Shown in pieces: positions 29,435 through 39,241 of a stretch of 64,000 nt of DNA. Within the stretch, counting starts at the first letter, position 1. The number at the start of each line of letters is the position of its first letter. The notes below the pieces were generated by a model. That model saw only the letters and a program-made list of their open reading frames with translations. It was not told the origin of the DNA and ran no database searches. The stretch spans positions 62,001 to 126,000 of IMG/VR virus record IMGVR_UViG_3300042562_001598. The stretch is one strand, 5' to 3'. A program made the position numbers and the translations under genes.

Positions 29435-29875
29435 ATGAGTTTATATAAAGAATTTTCCGCATTACTACCTTACTTACAATCTGTAAGAAAATTACAGAAT
29501 TATTTAAGTTTTGATGTTAGTTTTCCGTTATCTTGGAAATTACCTAAAAAATATATTGAGGAGGACAAGGTGATGGAACAAGAAGCTAAAATAAAGGATA
29601 ACCGTCTATTTTCTTTTGTTTCTGAAATAACTGAAGATGGTATTGAAAAGATTACTCAAAACATTCAAAATATTATAAAATATAATTTAGAAAGAGAAGA
29701 AAAAGAAACTTTGTTTAAGAATAAAGTTGATGAGTTAAAAGTTATTTTTGAAAAACAAAACTTAAGAAATCTTAAAAATTTAAAATTTGATTTACTGAAT
29801 AGTATTAATATTGATTTAGATGATGAACAAGAAGAACACAAAAAACCTAATGTGGTTGGAGAAAGAGAAGATTAA
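29435..29875 (+). CDS. Hypothetical protein
   Basis: 146-aa ORF. Confidence 0.6.
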   Translation: MSLYKEFSALLPYLQSVRKLQNYLSFDVSFPLSWKLPKKYIEEDKVMEQEAKIKDNRLFSFVSEITEDGIEKITQNIQNIIKYNLEREEKETLFKNKVDELKVIFEKQNLRNLKNLKFDLLNSINIDLDDEQEEHKKPNVVGERED

Positions 29876-30011
29876 AGATGATATCCGATTAACAAATGAT
29901 AAGGATAAACTTATTAATCAAATTAAACAATTAGGTAAAGATAATATTTTACCTAAACCACCTAAAAAAATAACATTATGGCAGAAGATAAAGAGGATAC
30001 TATTGGGGTAA
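29820..30011 (+). CDS. Hypothetical small protein
   Basis: ORF ending TLWQKIKRILLG; start uncertain. Confidence 0.5.
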   Translation: MMNKKNTKNLMWLEKEKIKDDIRLTNDKDKLINQIKQLGKDNILPKPPKKITLWQKIKRILLG

Positions 30012-30334
30012 TGGAAAAATTGGCGTTAATTTCTGACGCCATTGATTCCTTATTTCCGAAAGGGAAAAGAGTGATTTTACTTGAGTTAGGTAAAGATGAA
30101 TATCAATCTGTTAGTCAAAATTTCAGAATGGGTGACAGAGGTAATAAAAAATTTAGTATTGATATTTCAGGGACTGAATTTATTTTTTTGTCGGATGAGT
30201 TGTTAATTGACGGTGTAGATACACTTTTGAATAACCCCTCCCAACCAGTAAATCGTATAAGTATTTTCTCTGGGCTGTTGAAGAGTCTTTCACAAACATA
30301 CAATCGTATTTTTTCTCGGAAAAAAATAGATTAG
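29978..30334 (+). CDS. Hypothetical protein
   Basis: ORF whose 3' end overlaps the convergent gene. Confidence 0.5.
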   Translation: MAEDKEDTIGVMEKLALISDAIDSLFPKGKRVILLELGKDEYQSVSQNFRMGDRGNKKFSIDISGTEFIFLSDELLIDGVDTLLNNPSQPVNRISIFSGLLKSLSQTYNRIFSRKKID

Positions 30335-30854
30335 ATATTGTATCAATAAATCTTAAAGAATCTTTTTCATTCTTAAAGGTAAATAATTTAAGGTCGTCAT
30401 CATTTTGTAAGACGATTTTATTATTTAATTTAGATAATAATTTAAGACCTGGTTTATTCAGGTATTTTTTAATGAACTCTTTAGAGTTCATTTTTTTATT
30501 TTGTGACAAATCTAAAAATAATTCTTCTGTTTTATATTTTACAATTTTAGAAATGGTATATTCATTATCGTCAAGATTTATTTTAACTTGACGACCATAA
30601 TCATCTTTAAGATAAATGGGTGTGTGATTTTTTGGGGTTTTTTCTATGTAAGCAATTTCGTATTCTGAATAATATCCATTTTCATATTGTTTTTCAAATA
30701 TTACTTCGTTGGATTCTTTAATAAGTTTATCAAAAAACTCATCACCTTTTTTACGAGTGATAAATTTTTTGATAACTTTTTTTTGGGATTTATTCTTGAA
30801 TAGAATAATCCGGAAGTTGTAATTTATTTTATTATTTTCGGGTAAATTTGACAT
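30180..30854 (-). CDS. Hypothetical basic protein
   Basis: Long ORF downstream of dnaJ. Confidence 0.6.
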   Translation of the reverse strand: MSNLPENNKINYNFRIILFKNKSQKKVIKKFITRKKGDEFFDKLIKESNEVIFEKQYENGYYSEYEIAYIEKTPKNHTPIYLKDDYGRQVKINLDDNEYTISKIVKYKTEELFLDLSQNKKMNSKEFIKKYLNKPGLKLLSKLNNKIVLQNDDDLKLFTFKNEKDSLRFIDTISNLFFSEKKYDCMFVKDSSTAQRKYLYDLLVGRGYSKVYLHRQLTTHPTKK

Positions 30855-31749
30855 ATAATTTAATAAATAGGTCACCACTATTAAAAAATCCTTTTGATTT
30901 AACTCTCAAAGGTTTTGAGGTGTCAAATTCTGAAGGTAGTTTAATTGAGATATTACCTTTTGGATGTGGTATGGTTAATGAAGGTTTATTTAAGTCTTCA
31001 AGATTAAGGAATGAGTTATAAACCAAATCATTACCGGATTTCTCAAAATCACTTTCAGGTTGTAAATTAACTTTAAGAACTAGATTACCGTACATTCCAT
31101 CATTAAAATTACCTTTACCTTGTAATTTAAGGAATTGTCCATTATCAATTCCGTGTGGTAATTTAATTGAAATAGTTTCAATGACATTTTTAGTTGTTTC
31201 ACCATGACAAGTATTACATACATTTTTATATGTAAATCCATTACCATAACAGGAATTACAAGCTTGTCTAACCATTTGGATAAACATACCAGTTCCCATC
31301 CTTTTTACTGTAAATCCTTGACCATTACAACCATTGCAATTTGTTCGTTCACCACCTTGACCATTACATGTATCACATTTATGTTTTCTTGAGAATGTGA
31401 TGGTTTTATCGTTACCATTGTATGACTCTAATGTTCCAACATGAACATCAACAATAGTGTCAGGAACAACCCTTTGTTGTTGTGTATGAAAATGATTACC
31501 AAACATTTCATCAAAGGGATTAAATCCTCCACCACCCATATTTGCGAATGGGTTTCTTCTTTGATTATCGTATTGATTTCGTTTATTTTCGTCACCTATC
31601 GTATCAAATGCTACAGAAATTTTCTTAAACATTTCCTCATCACCACCTTTATCGGGGTGATGTTGGATTGCTTTTTTCTTATACGCTTTTTTTATTTCTT
31701 CTTGGGTTGCGGTTTCTGAGACCTCAAGAGTTTCATAATAATTTTCCAC
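30832..31749 (-). CDS. dnaJ: DnaJ co-chaperone (J domain + Zn finger + C-terminal domain)
   Basis: YYETLEV...HHPDKGGD, G/F region, four CxxCxGxG-type repeats; GTG start. Confidence 0.92.
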   Translation of the reverse strand: MENYYETLEVSETATQEEIKKAYKKKAIQHHPDKGGDEEMFKKISVAFDTIGDENKRNQYDNQRRNPFANMGGGGFNPFDEMFGNHFHTQQQRVVPDTIVDVHVGTLESYNGNDKTITFSRKHKCDTCNGQGGERTNCNGCNGQGFTVKRMGTGMFIQMVRQACNSCYGNGFTYKNVCNTCHGETTKNVIETISIKLPHGIDNGQFLKLQGKGNFNDGMYGNLVLKVNLQPESDFEKSGNDLVYNSFLNLEDLNKPSLTIPHPKGNISIKLPSEFDTSKPLRVKSKGFFNSGDLFIKLYVKFTRK

Positions 31750-31760
31750 TGATGATGTTA

Positions 31761-31985
31761 TTAAAACAATGCGATTATATCCTTAAATAATTTTATTGAA
31801 CCATAGATAGCTGCGAATAAAATATAAGATGATAATACAATCATAGACCAATGGGTTGTACTTAAACCTTTTTTACAAGAGCTACAACCTTTTTCTTTTG
31901 TTGTACTAACTGATTCTGATACATTTATTGGGTCAATAATTTCAAAATTTTTGATATCAGAATCTGGGATTTCAATGATTTTCAT
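31761..31985 (-). CDS. Small protein with CxxC and C-terminal TM
   Basis: GCSSCKK and a hydrophobic C-terminal helix. Confidence 0.55.
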   Translation of the reverse strand: MKIIEIPDSDIKNFEIIDPINVSESVSTTKEKGCSSCKKGLSTTHWSMIVLSSYILFAAIYGSIKLFKDIIALF

Positions 31986-32136
31986 AATATTAATATTTTT
32001 TAGTTTAATACTTAAATATAGTAATTAATTAAAATAAATCCAACAATTGAGTGTTGATTTTTTTATTTTATGTTTAGTGAGTTTAAATATTGATATTTTT
32101 CTTAAAACCTTATATTTATAATAAAAACTAAATAAA

Positions 32137-33591
32137 ATGAATTTCATTAAATTATTATCTAATCTGATAGTTGAAGATTCTAAATTTGAGAATCTATATA
32201 ACAAATACGTTGAGGTTAAAGACAAAAAAAACCCAGAAGTTAAGAAAAAGGGATTACCTTTTGATATGTTTAAAAAATTAATATTTGCTGACCCAACAAC
32301 AAGAGTTCCCCAAGGTTTTGATGTTGACGGTGCTCAAGTAGCGGACATGGATTCTGTTAAAGTTGGTAAATATGTTCAATGGATTATCAATACTTTTGGT
32401 AAGTTACCAACAACTATTACTGATGTTGAACCTGGAACACCTGAATATAAAGAACAAGTTAAAGAATTGGTTAGATTATATTTGGAGGATTTGGACCACT
32501 TGAAAACTTTATTGGAGAAGTATGAAAGGTTTAAAGGTAGTTTACAAGACCCTACTAAAAAAGATATTAATAAAGTTAATTCTGTTGAAGAATTAATGAC
32601 TTTACCTATCGTTGTTTCAGACGAAGGTGATACGATAGAATTAGATTTATATCGTGGTAAAAAAGTTAAAAAAGTTAAAGGAGAAGATTCAACATCTCCA
32701 GCTCAAGATAAATTTAAATTCCCTGGTGCTGAAATATTAAGAGATAACGGTGAGTATACATTAATTAAAATTGCTGACAAAGGACAAATAGGTTCTGATG
32801 CGGCGTCTTATTTTGGTGGTTATGATGGTAAAGCACAGGCTGGTGAAACTAACTGGTGTACAGCTGCTAAAGACTCCGGTTACTCAAAAACTTATAGAAA
32901 CCAAGGTCCTTTATATATTTTCATTGCTAATGACCCTAAAGGTCAAGTTGGTGAAAAAACTGGATTACCTTCAGAAAGATACCAATTCCACTTTCCTAGT
33001 AACCAATTTAGAGATAGATTTCAAAACAGTGGAAATATTGATGTTGTTAAATTTATGAATGGTTCGTTTGCGGATTTTAAAGATTTATTAAAAACTGAAT
33101 TTTTACGAATTGGTGGAACTACTAGTGGTGGAGACGGTGGAAGACTTAGTGGTAGTAAAATAGAAATTAAATTCCCTGGGAATGTTTCATTATACGAACA
33201 AATATATGGTGTTGAAAAAGATTTACAAGGACAATTCAACGAGATAATTAATACATTGCCGGATGATATTGAATCATTGGTGATTAAAAACACTACAAGT
33301 ATGGATGTAGCTTTAGATGTTCCTGAATCTATTGGTAATTATAAAAATTTACAAACTTTAACTCTACTTAATTTGGTTAAAACATTACCTGAATCAATTG
33401 GTAATTTGACAGATTTACAATATTTGATTTTAACTGACAACCCTTCAATTGAGAAGATACCTGCAAGTGTTGCTAAATTACAGGATTTAGTTTTTATTAA
33501 CTTACAAAGAAGTAACCGTGGTGTAGAAATACCAGCTGAGGTTAAGGAGTTATTAGAGGATTCTTCAGATGGTTTTTACGCTATGAAGTAA
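32137..33591 (+). CDS. Leucine-rich-repeat protein with uncharacterised WCT-motif domain (late copy)
   Basis: VPESIGNYKNLQTL / LPESIGNLTDLQYL / IPASVAKLQDL LRRs; TATTTAT at 32113; leader MNFIKLLSNLIVE. Confidence 0.8.
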   Translation: MNFIKLLSNLIVEDSKFENLYNKYVEVKDKKNPEVKKKGLPFDMFKKLIFADPTTRVPQGFDVDGAQVADMDSVKVGKYVQWIINTFGKLPTTITDVEPGTPEYKEQVKELVRLYLEDLDHLKTLLEKYERFKGSLQDPTKKDINKVNSVEELMTLPIVVSDEGDTIELDLYRGKKVKKVKGEDSTSPAQDKFKFPGAEILRDNGEYTLIKIADKGQIGSDAASYFGGYDGKAQAGETNWCTAAKDSGYSKTYRNQGPLYIFIANDPKGQVGEKTGLPSERYQFHFPSNQFRDRFQNSGNIDVVKFMNGSFADFKDLLKTEFLRIGGTTSGGDGGRLSGSKIEIKFPGNVSLYEQIYGVEKDLQGQFNEIINTLPDDIESLVIKNTTSMDVALDVPESIGNYKNLQTLTLLNLVKTLPESIGNLTDLQYLILTDNPSIEKIPASVAKLQDLVFINLQRSNRGVEIPAEVKELLEDSSDGFYAMK

Positions 33592-33647
33592 AATACTTTG
33601 ATTTCATATTTTTTTTATCTATCTTTGATATTATAAATAAATTTGAG

Positions 33648-35036
33648 ATGAACACAACAACAAAAACCTTAAGTAGGTTTCAAATTTTATACGATAGATA
33701 TGTTAGAAAAGGTGGTATTGATACTGCCTTTTCTAGTTTATCAAAAACACATTTATCTTTTGATGTGTTAAAGTTATTGATATCTTACGACCCCACCACA
33801 AAAACCCCAAATGATTTTGATTACGCTAAAGCTTCCGTTGATGATATGACGGATGTTAAAGTTGGTCAATATACTAAATGGTTTATAAAACATTATTTGA
33901 ACCCGGAGATTACGGAATTAATTGAAATTAATCAGGGTATTGATTATCTTACTGAAGATGTTAATAGTGAGAGATATCAATTAGTTATTAAGGAATACCG
34001 TAGAAGATTTGAGGAAGATTTGATGGGTGTTAAAAACGATTTAGTTAATTACAGAAAATATAAATTTCACATTCCGGAAGACAAAAGAGACATTAACAAA
34101 CTCAATACTCATTTATTGAGTAAAGTTATTAATGATATCCCTAGTAATATTATTGAGAAGAAGAATAGGGAGACCTTAAAGAATGAAATACGATTGGTTC
34201 GTGAGGGTTTTTATCATCCTGGTGCGACAATTGAGATTCAGGGGTCTGAATATACTTTAATTAAGATTGAGGGCGATGGTGACAAACAAGCTGAAGCCGC
34301 TTCTTGGTATGGGGGTTATTACGATTTTATAAATGGTGAGAGTAAATGGTGTACTTCACCACCTGACTCTAATTTTTTCCGAACTTATATTAAGCAAGGA
34401 CCTCTTTATATTATATTAAAGAATAAAGATGAACTTAGTAAGAGAACTGGGTTACCTATTGAGAGATATCAATTTCATTTTCAAAGTAATCAATTTATGG
34501 ATAGACATAATCAACCAATACCGCTGGTTCAGTATTTTAATGGTCATCTAAAGGATTTTAAGGACTATTTTAAGAAAGATTTTACTAAAGCCTTAATGAG
34601 TGGTGACGGGAATAGAGTTGAGATTAATTACCCTGAAACATCATCAGGTAAGTTCGTCGCAATATATGGTTTTGATAATATATTTGATTCGTTACCGGAG
34701 GATATTAGTCATCTTATTATCAGTAATAAATCAAAAGAAAAAGTATCATTTAAAATACCTGAAACTATTAATAGATTTAAGAACCTAACCGCTTTATTAT
34801 TACAAAATATTGTTAGTGAATTACCTGAAAGTATCGGGGAATTAACTAAATTGAGATTTGTATCTTTATGTGGGAATAAGTCTTTGGAAGAAATACCAGA
34901 ATCTGTTGGAAATTTACCCGAATTACTTTTTATAAATCTTAAAGATTGTAATCCGAGACTAGTGATTCCTAAAAACATAACTGACAATATGTTATATGAA
35001 GGAAATGGTTATTATTGTAAAAAAAATATATTATGA
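33648..35036 (+). CDS. Leucine-rich-repeat protein, tandem paralogue (early copy)
   Basis: IPETINRFKNL / LPESIGELTKL / IPESVGNLPEL; same WCT, GPLYI and ERYQFHF motifs; TTTG-N19-TAtcTTTG at 33597-627. Confidence 0.8.
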   Translation: MNTTTKTLSRFQILYDRYVRKGGIDTAFSSLSKTHLSFDVLKLLISYDPTTKTPNDFDYAKASVDDMTDVKVGQYTKWFIKHYLNPEITELIEINQGIDYLTEDVNSERYQLVIKEYRRRFEEDLMGVKNDLVNYRKYKFHIPEDKRDINKLNTHLLSKVINDIPSNIIEKKNRETLKNEIRLVREGFYHPGATIEIQGSEYTLIKIEGDGDKQAEAASWYGGYYDFINGESKWCTSPPDSNFFRTYIKQGPLYIILKNKDELSKRTGLPIERYQFHFQSNQFMDRHNQPIPLVQYFNGHLKDFKDYFKKDFTKALMSGDGNRVEINYPETSSGKFVAIYGFDNIFDSLPEDISHLIISNKSKEKVSFKIPETINRFKNLTALLLQNIVSELPESIGELTKLRFVSLCGNKSLEEIPESVGNLPELLFINLKDCNPRLVIPKNITDNMLYEGNGYYCKKNIL

Positions 35037-35323
35037 AAAATGTAGAAGTAGAGTTATACCTCAATCAGTTTATTAAGTTTTTTGATAATAACCCTAACGA
35101 CCTAATGAATTTAATTGGGGATTTAGGTAAAGAAGAATTTTATCTTAAAGTTAAGGAACAATCATATTTGAATGTTGAGAATGGTGAGGAACCATCATTA
35201 ACCCAAAAACAACTTATTGCGATTGTTGTTAAGATGAAAAAACGAGATATTAATGATGATGAGGTTAAATTATTTGAGAAAATATTCAAGGATACAAAAT
35301 TTGGTCCATTATGTTTGAATTAG
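35033..35323 (+). CDS. Hypothetical protein
   Basis: 96-aa ORF ending CLN. Confidence 0.6.
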   Translation: MKNVEVELYLNQFIKFFDNNPNDLMNLIGDLGKEEFYLKVKEQSYLNVENGEEPSLTQKQLIAIVVKMKKRDINDDEVKLFEKIFKDTKFGPLCLN

Positions 35324-35377
35324 TTTTGTTTATTAATTAAAAAAAAATTACTTTTGTAAGGTTTAATACAATTTACG

Positions 35378-37105
35378 ATGGAAGAACTTTATAAATATAT
35401 AATTGAAACTTATCATGTTACAGAATATGATGATACAACTCCCGTCCAAAGGGAGATATCTGACGACCCATTTGAGGATAATGGTCGGTATTATGATATG
35501 GAAGGACTTGAGTATGTAATCAAAGGAAACTATACAACAAAAGAAAAATTTGAAGAAAACCTTAAAAACAAATTAGCTGTAGTTGAAATAAAAAGAAAAA
35601 GTGTTTACGTAACTAAAACTGAAGATAAAATTAGTTTTAAACTTTTCACATATAGTAGAAGACGACGACTAAATGGTCGGGGTTTTAAAAGTGATAATAG
35701 TGTTAGGTTTGTAACTTTTAATGTTAAGACTAATTCACTATATTCTGGACATATGACGAATTACACATCCAAAAAAAAGGTTAATAAAAGAATTCGTAGA
35801 AACAACTTTTGGGAAAGTCCTTTAAACTTGATAAAACATTTAATGAACACAATGTTTTATGGGAGTTTAAGTAATAAAAAACTTAAGGAAAAAATGACCG
35901 AAAAACACGAGGTTATCGGAATATCAATGAATATTTTTTTAAGTAATATCCCAGGTGTTGTTATTAACCCATCTTATAGTGATGATGAAAACTTATACAA
36001 AAGATATTTGGAATATTCAGGTATTAAGTATTCAAATAACTGGAAAGTGTTTATGGAGATTTTCCCCCAAGTTACAAAAAAAGATTTGGTAAAACACAAG
36101 TTAAAGTTTATTGATGCGTTTATGACTAAAAATGGTGTCAGTGGTGAAAAACTAAAAAGGGTTTTACATACGGTTAAAGAATGTAATATGGAGTCATTAC
36201 ATTATGCTTATCGTTTATTGGGGGAGAAATTTGTGAATTCCCAAAGTGATGACTTTATGAAACAGGTTATTGAGACCTCGGTGTTTAAATACTACTATAT
36301 GCCGGAGTTTGCATTTAAGAATGATAAAGAGAAAAGAAATGTTGTTGAGGTTATGAAGTTAGTTATGATGAAACATATAACATCTAACACTTTCAACGAC
36401 CATATAAATATGATAACCCAAATAAGATTATTTGAGGATTTTACTTGGAAGTCGAAAACTTATGATGAGTTTAATAATGAACATTATGATTTGACCAATA
36501 AGGTTAGTCATTATACTCAAGGGGATTTCACTAGAAAATATGATGAAAAATTTGTAAATACTATTGAGAAACCTATTGTGTTAGATTACATTTATTATCC
36601 AGTTGTATTAAAAACATCTATTGACTATAATTCGGAGTCGGTGACGCAATCAAATTGTGTTAAGACTTATATTAAAAGAGAGGAGTCAATAATCATTTCA
36701 CTTAGGAGAGATGAAATCACTGGTGAAAGAGTTACCATTGAATATATTGTAGGTCATAATGGTGAAAAAGTCTTTGACATTGTAAGAATCCAGACATTAG
36801 GTAGATTTAATCAAGGTATTGATGAAGTTTGGCATAATGTTGTGGCTAAATTAGATGATAGAATTAATGATTATTTATTACATAATGAGTTTACTTTACC
36901 GGTTATGAATGTTGTTGTAGGTGGTAGAGAATTTGATACTGAATGTGAGGTTACTGATAATATTAAAATGAAACATTATATGGACCAAAGTAATAGAACC
37001 GATTTTGGTTATCAACTAAAATGGGATAAAGATTTAAGTAGGTTAAAAGATAATGTAAATACTGATGACCAAGAAGAAACTCACGACTGGATTGATTTTT
37101 TTTAA
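35378..37105 (+). CDS. PcfJ-like domain protein
   Basis: ESVTQSNCVKTY...IISLRR...RVTIEY...IQTLGRFN; TTTG-N20-TActTTTG upstream. Confidence 0.7.
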   Translation: MEELYKYIIETYHVTEYDDTTPVQREISDDPFEDNGRYYDMEGLEYVIKGNYTTKEKFEENLKNKLAVVEIKRKSVYVTKTEDKISFKLFTYSRRRRLNGRGFKSDNSVRFVTFNVKTNSLYSGHMTNYTSKKKVNKRIRRNNFWESPLNLIKHLMNTMFYGSLSNKKLKEKMTEKHEVIGISMNIFLSNIPGVVINPSYSDDENLYKRYLEYSGIKYSNNWKVFMEIFPQVTKKDLVKHKLKFIDAFMTKNGVSGEKLKRVLHTVKECNMESLHYAYRLLGEKFVNSQSDDFMKQVIETSVFKYYYMPEFAFKNDKEKRNVVEVMKLVMMKHITSNTFNDHINMITQIRLFEDFTWKSKTYDEFNNEHYDLTNKVSHYTQGDFTRKYDEKFVNTIEKPIVLDYIYYPVVLKTSIDYNSESVTQSNCVKTYIKREESIIISLRRDEITGERVTIEYIVGHNGEKVFDIVRIQTLGRFNQGIDEVWHNVVAKLDDRINDYLLHNEFTLPVMNVVVGGREFDTECEVTDNIKMKHYMDQSNRTDFGYQLKWDKDLSRLKDNVNTDDQEETHDWIDFF

Positions 37106-37108
37106 GAT

Positions 37109-37426
37109 ATGGAAGAGATAAAGATAAGAAAACATTGTGTAAAATTATTTAAGGAACGATATGGTTCCTATCCTTCTATTGTTAATACTTATAACTCATT
37201 AAGTGGGGAAGTTATTAATAAATTAATTGACAAATCACACCTGTTATGGTATAATGATTATGTTGATTTAGATGGGGGTATAAATAATATTGAAAAATTA
37301 GTTGAATATGATTCAACAGGTATATTTATTTATATTAAGAATGGTAATGTTCTATTCTTAACAACAATAAACAAAAAAAACATTGTAGATTTTACGCTAC
37401 ATAATTTAATTAAAAAAAGTAAATAA
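37109..37426 (+). CDS. Hypothetical protein
   Basis: 105-aa ORF. Confidence 0.55.
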   Translation: MEEIKIRKHCVKLFKERYGSYPSIVNTYNSLSGEVINKLIDKSHLLWYNDYVDLDGGINNIEKLVEYDSTGIFIYIKNGNVLFLTTINKKNIVDFTLHNLIKKSK

Positions 37427-37427
37427 A

Positions 37428-37742
37428 ATGGAGATTACAACAGAAGAATTAAAAAGAAAAATTGAAAATGGTGAAAAATTGGTTATTGATTTTCACGCAG
37501 CATTTTGTGTACCTTGTAGACAAATGAAACCAATCTTTGAAAGAATTGCTACAGAATATCAAGAACAAAATTCAGATGTACAATTATACACTATGGATGT
37601 TGAAGCTAATATGGCGTTCGCAAAATCATTGGGTATTAGAAATATTCCTATGATTAAAACTTTTGCTAATGGTACTGAAACTTATTCTAGAGTGGGAACA
37701 CATACTGAAGAAGAAATTAAAAATGTTATTGAAACCGTATAA
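37428..37742 (+). CDS. Thioredoxin
   Basis: DFHAAFCVPCR, GIRNIP cis-Pro motif. Confidence 0.85.
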   Translation: MEITTEELKRKIENGEKLVIDFHAAFCVPCRQMKPIFERIATEYQEQNSDVQLYTMDVEANMAFAKSLGIRNIPMIKTFANGTETYSRVGTHTEEEIKNVIETV

Positions 37743-37744
37743 TT

Positions 37745-38029
37745 ATGGATAAATTATTAATTGTCTTTACGATGAAGGGTTGTCCTTATTGTGTTGAATT
37801 AAAAAATAAAATAAAGGAAAGTGATATTGATTTCGTTGAACGCGATATTGATAAACATAAGGATGAATATGATATGTTTGTTGAAATAACAGAAAACGAA
37901 TTTGTTCCAGCCTTTATGATTGTTGAAAGTCCTGACAAAGAACCAACTTCATTGTTATTTGCACCGGAAAGAGATTTTAATGAAATTGATGAAGGTTTGA
38001 CAATTATTAAAGAACATTTTAATAAATAA
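37745..38029 (+). CDS. Glutaredoxin/NrdH-like redoxin
   Basis: GCPYC, FVP. Confidence 0.85.
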   Translation: MDKLLIVFTMKGCPYCVELKNKIKESDIDFVERDIDKHKDEYDMFVEITENEFVPAFMIVESPDKEPTSLLFAPERDFNEIDEGLTIIKEHFNK

Positions 38030-38060
38030 AAAATCCCCTTAATTGGGGATTTTCTTTTTA
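38029..38060. terminator. Bidirectional terminator
   Basis: AAAATCCCC-ttaatt-GGGGATTTT between convergent genes. Confidence 0.75.
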
Positions 38061-38885
38061 GAATACTACTAAGTCTTTTACTCTATCTCTTATCAACCAG
38101 GGTTTATCTCCAAATGGTATTGTGATATCTTCAATGATATCGTAAGATAAAATACCATGTTGAAATTTACTAATGTTAAAATCAAAAACATCCAATATCA
38201 AAGATTTAATGGTTTCTTCTTTATATATTCCATTTGATTTAATTCTAATATTAAAATCTTCATCTTTATTTTGAGATAATGAAAACTTAAATGTTATTTC
38301 TGACGCACCAATAATATCAAAAATTTGGTTACAAATATATTCTGAATAATAAAGATTACTTCTACCCATAGATAAGCTATGTCCATAAGGGAATTCTGAT
38401 GTTATATTTAAAGGATTGTAAGTGTAGTAATCAAGATTTGATACATTCTCTTCAGAGAAGTCAATTTCAGGTTCTAATTGGTGTGTATAGTTAACTGAAT
38501 GAAATTTATAATCAGTTGTTGAGTTTTGAACAAAATCGGTAACATCTTTATGGTAGTAAGGTCTAATATTGTTTGAATATAATGTGAAGAAATGTTCATC
38601 TTTTTTAACTAATTCGTGTTTATAGATGATTAAATCAATTATATTAATGTGTTCATAACCGAATATTGTTAATAGTGTTTTATATTCAGTCATAAATTCT
38701 TCTTTAACTGTCATTATGTCTAAGATTTCTTCACAATTTGTCATACCATTGACAACTAAAAAACGACCACAGTCAACCACTTCAATTACAACATCGTATT
38801 GTGTAGTTTTATTTATTTTTTTAACTATAAAATCTGCGAATAGATTTACAATTCCTCTGTTAGAATTTTTATTAATATACTTCAT
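38058..38885 (-). CDS. Degenerate S-adenosylmethionine synthetase (MAT/MetK)-like pseudo-enzyme
   Basis: Manual alignment to recalled MetK N- and C-domains (RS..Y...Y....I; L...FD; FG..PW...D); catalytic motifs absent. Confidence 0.6.
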   Translation of the reverse strand: MKYINKNSNRGIVNLFADFIVKKINKTTQYDVVIEVVDCGRFLVVNGMTNCEEILDIMTVKEEFMTEYKTLLTIFGYEHINIIDLIIYKHELVKKDEHFFTLYSNNIRPYYHKDVTDFVQNSTTDYKFHSVNYTHQLEPEIDFSEENVSNLDYYTYNPLNITSEFPYGHSLSMGRSNLYYSEYICNQIFDIIGASEITFKFSLSQNKDEDFNIRIKSNGIYKEETIKSLILDVFDFNISKFQHGILSYDIIEDITIPFGDKPWLIRDRVKDLVVF

Positions 38886-38934
38886 AATTTTTGTTTTATG
38901 TTAATTAATAAACAAAATAAAATATTATATAAAT

Positions 38935-38964
38935 AAAAAAAAGGAGAAATAATCTCCTTTTTTT
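38935..38964 (-). terminator. Intrinsic terminator
   Basis: A-run, GGAGA-aataa-TCTCC, T-run. Confidence 0.7.
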
Positions 38965-38983
38965 GTTAATGATTGTCGTTATA

Positions 38984-39127
38984 CTACTTTTTAGTATAAT
39001 AACGCTCAACTACTTTACGAACTGACTCTTGAATTGGCTGAGTTTGAGGTTGAGCCGGTGCTGGAGTTTGGTTAGTTTGTTGTGTAGTTTGTGTCTGATT
39101 TTGTTTATTTTTACAACCACATGACAT
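38984..39127 (-). CDS. 47-aa Gln/Thr/Pro-rich peptide with MSCGCK N-terminus (not in ORF track)
   Basis: MSCGCKNKQNQTQTTQQTNQTPAPAQPQTQPIQESVRKVVERYYTKK; TATTTAT on - strand at 39160-66, terminator downstream. Confidence 0.65.
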   Translation of the reverse strand: MSCGCKNKQNQTQTTQQTNQTPAPAQPQTQPIQESVRKVVERYYTKK

Positions 39128-39241
39128 AGTACTAAAGTGTTAGAAGTTTATTGATAATGATAAATATCAATCAAAATAGATTAATGTCAAGATTACAAAT
39201 AATATATTGATATATTTATAAAAATATGATACATTTGCCTT

